Of a stretch of DNA of 64,000 bases, positions 62,785 through 64,000 are shown piece after piece. The notes below the pieces were generated by a model, which worked only from the letters and a program-made list of their open reading frames with translations, was not told where the DNA came from and searched no databases. Positions within the stretch are counted from its first letter, which is position 1. The number at the start of each line of letters is the position of its first letter. The translations under genes and the position numbers were made by a program. The stretch is from Podarcis bocagei. Lineage: Eukaryota. Location of the stretch: NCBI GenBank assembly GCA_964188305.1, contig OZ076889.1; one strand, 5' to 3'.

Positions 62785-63009
62785 TGTGCACATATATTTA
62801 AAGCATCCCCCCAAAGAATCCTGGGAGTTGTAGTTTATCCCTCACAGAGCTACACTTCCCAGCATCAGATAACTATTTGACTGTTAGAAAACAATTGAAG
62901 GCAGCCCTGTATAGGGAAGATTTTGATGTTTCATTGTGTTTTTATATTTTGCTGGAAGCTGCCAGGAGTGGCTAGGGCAGCCCAGTCAGATGGCTGGCAT
63001 ATAAATAAT

Positions 63010-63047
<38 letters not shown>

Positions 63048-63120
63048 TATCCTTGACAAACAACGGTTTCCAAGGTTCTTGAGGGAGGGAATTGCACCTT
63101 AAATGTATGGTGTATATGTA
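62785..63120. mobile_element. Palindromic MITE (family of 15141) interrupted by an L2 3' fragment (~62885-63047) with (TAG)n tail
   Basis: tttaaagc...ccaaagaatcctgggagttgtag lies on the left and caaggttctt...ttaaatgtatggtgta on the right. Between them is the L2-like gaaggcagccctgtatagggaag...cccagtcagatgg. Confidence 0.6.
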
Positions 63121-64000
63121 GTCTTAGTATGCATAAGTAATATTAGGTGTAAGATTATAATATACTCTCAAAATAAATGCTGGCACACACAGTCATCCCA
63201 TCACAAGCCAAACTTAATCTCTATGCACAAAGATCTATTTACATTATATTAAACTAAGATTTATATTCTGATCTTTGCTTGTAGGTCATAGGGTGGGTTA
63301 GAACAACAGGCAACATGAACCAAATAAAATCCGCACACACAATTTAAGTAGCAAAACATTTAAAACCAATATTCAATATTTTTCAATCTGCCAATGCCAA
63401 GAACCCCTAGCCAAAAATAAATAGGGTCCTTAAGTACATATGGGTAGTCCCATATTGAGGCCAATTCAAGTCTAATTTGATTTTCCACAATAATATAGCT
63501 CACAATGTATTAGAGATATTATTTAGATTTGAAACCCTGCAATTAAACTAAAGGCTATTAAAAAATAAAATGTATATTTTAGTACATTTGCTGATAAAAT
63601 ATTTAACACTACAATTACTTTGCAGTTTTAATGCTAGTCAAAATATACCACCAACAATCAAACAAACACCATATGACAAAATTAGGTAACACTGTTTTAA
63701 AATAAACATGTAAACATACTATGCTGAAATTTCATAGTTAGTTTTCAGAGGTTTGCATCTTAGCTAGAGCCTTTTCATTATTTTAGGTTTCAATCCTATA
63801 CACATTTACCTGGGAGTAAGTTCCATTGAACGTAGTTGAGTTTACTTCTGAGTAGATGCACAAAGGCTTGTGCTACTACTTTTGTATTAGATTAATGATA
63901 GGCTGCAATCCTAAACAGACTTTGGTGTGACTTACTTATGAATAAACATGGATGAGATGTAACTGTTCATTATACTGTTTGCTTTGCTTACGTACCCAAA

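Noticed and set aside
22000-64000. Search for GLIS1 or other coding exons, and the many 60-130 aa ORFs in the track
   Set aside because: No C2H2 zinc fingers or recognisable domains. The ORFs are chance, microsatellite-derived (poly-I/N/L) or TE-derived.

Overview
Vertebrate genomic DNA. The repeat content (Sauria SINE, CR1/L2/RTE LINE fragments, a Penelope fragment, TA-flanked MITEs) points to a squamate, probably a lacertid lizard (inference). The first 22 kb hold three intact protein-coding genes that can be built from the sequence. (1) An intronless mitochondrial phosphate carrier gene (SLC25A3-like retrocopy, minus strand, stop at 863) whose open frame extends far upstream of the carrier domain. 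(2) A 4-exon DMRTB1/DMRT6 gene (plus strand, 6891-14297, 302 aa). (3) About 4 kb downstream, a 3-exon DMRT2-family gene, most likely DMRT2b (plus strand, 18374-21777, 388 aa). All five DMRT introns are GT-AG and phase-compatible. The remaining ~42 kb (22-64 kb) is a gene desert of transposon fragments, microsatellites, a few hairpins and candidate regulatory sites; I found no further coding exons there. The most interesting item is the intact SLC25A3-retrogene / DMRTB1 / DMRT2b trio. As I recall, the human DMRTB1 locus has only a pseudogene (SLC25A3P1) and no DMRT2b; that comparison needs a database check.
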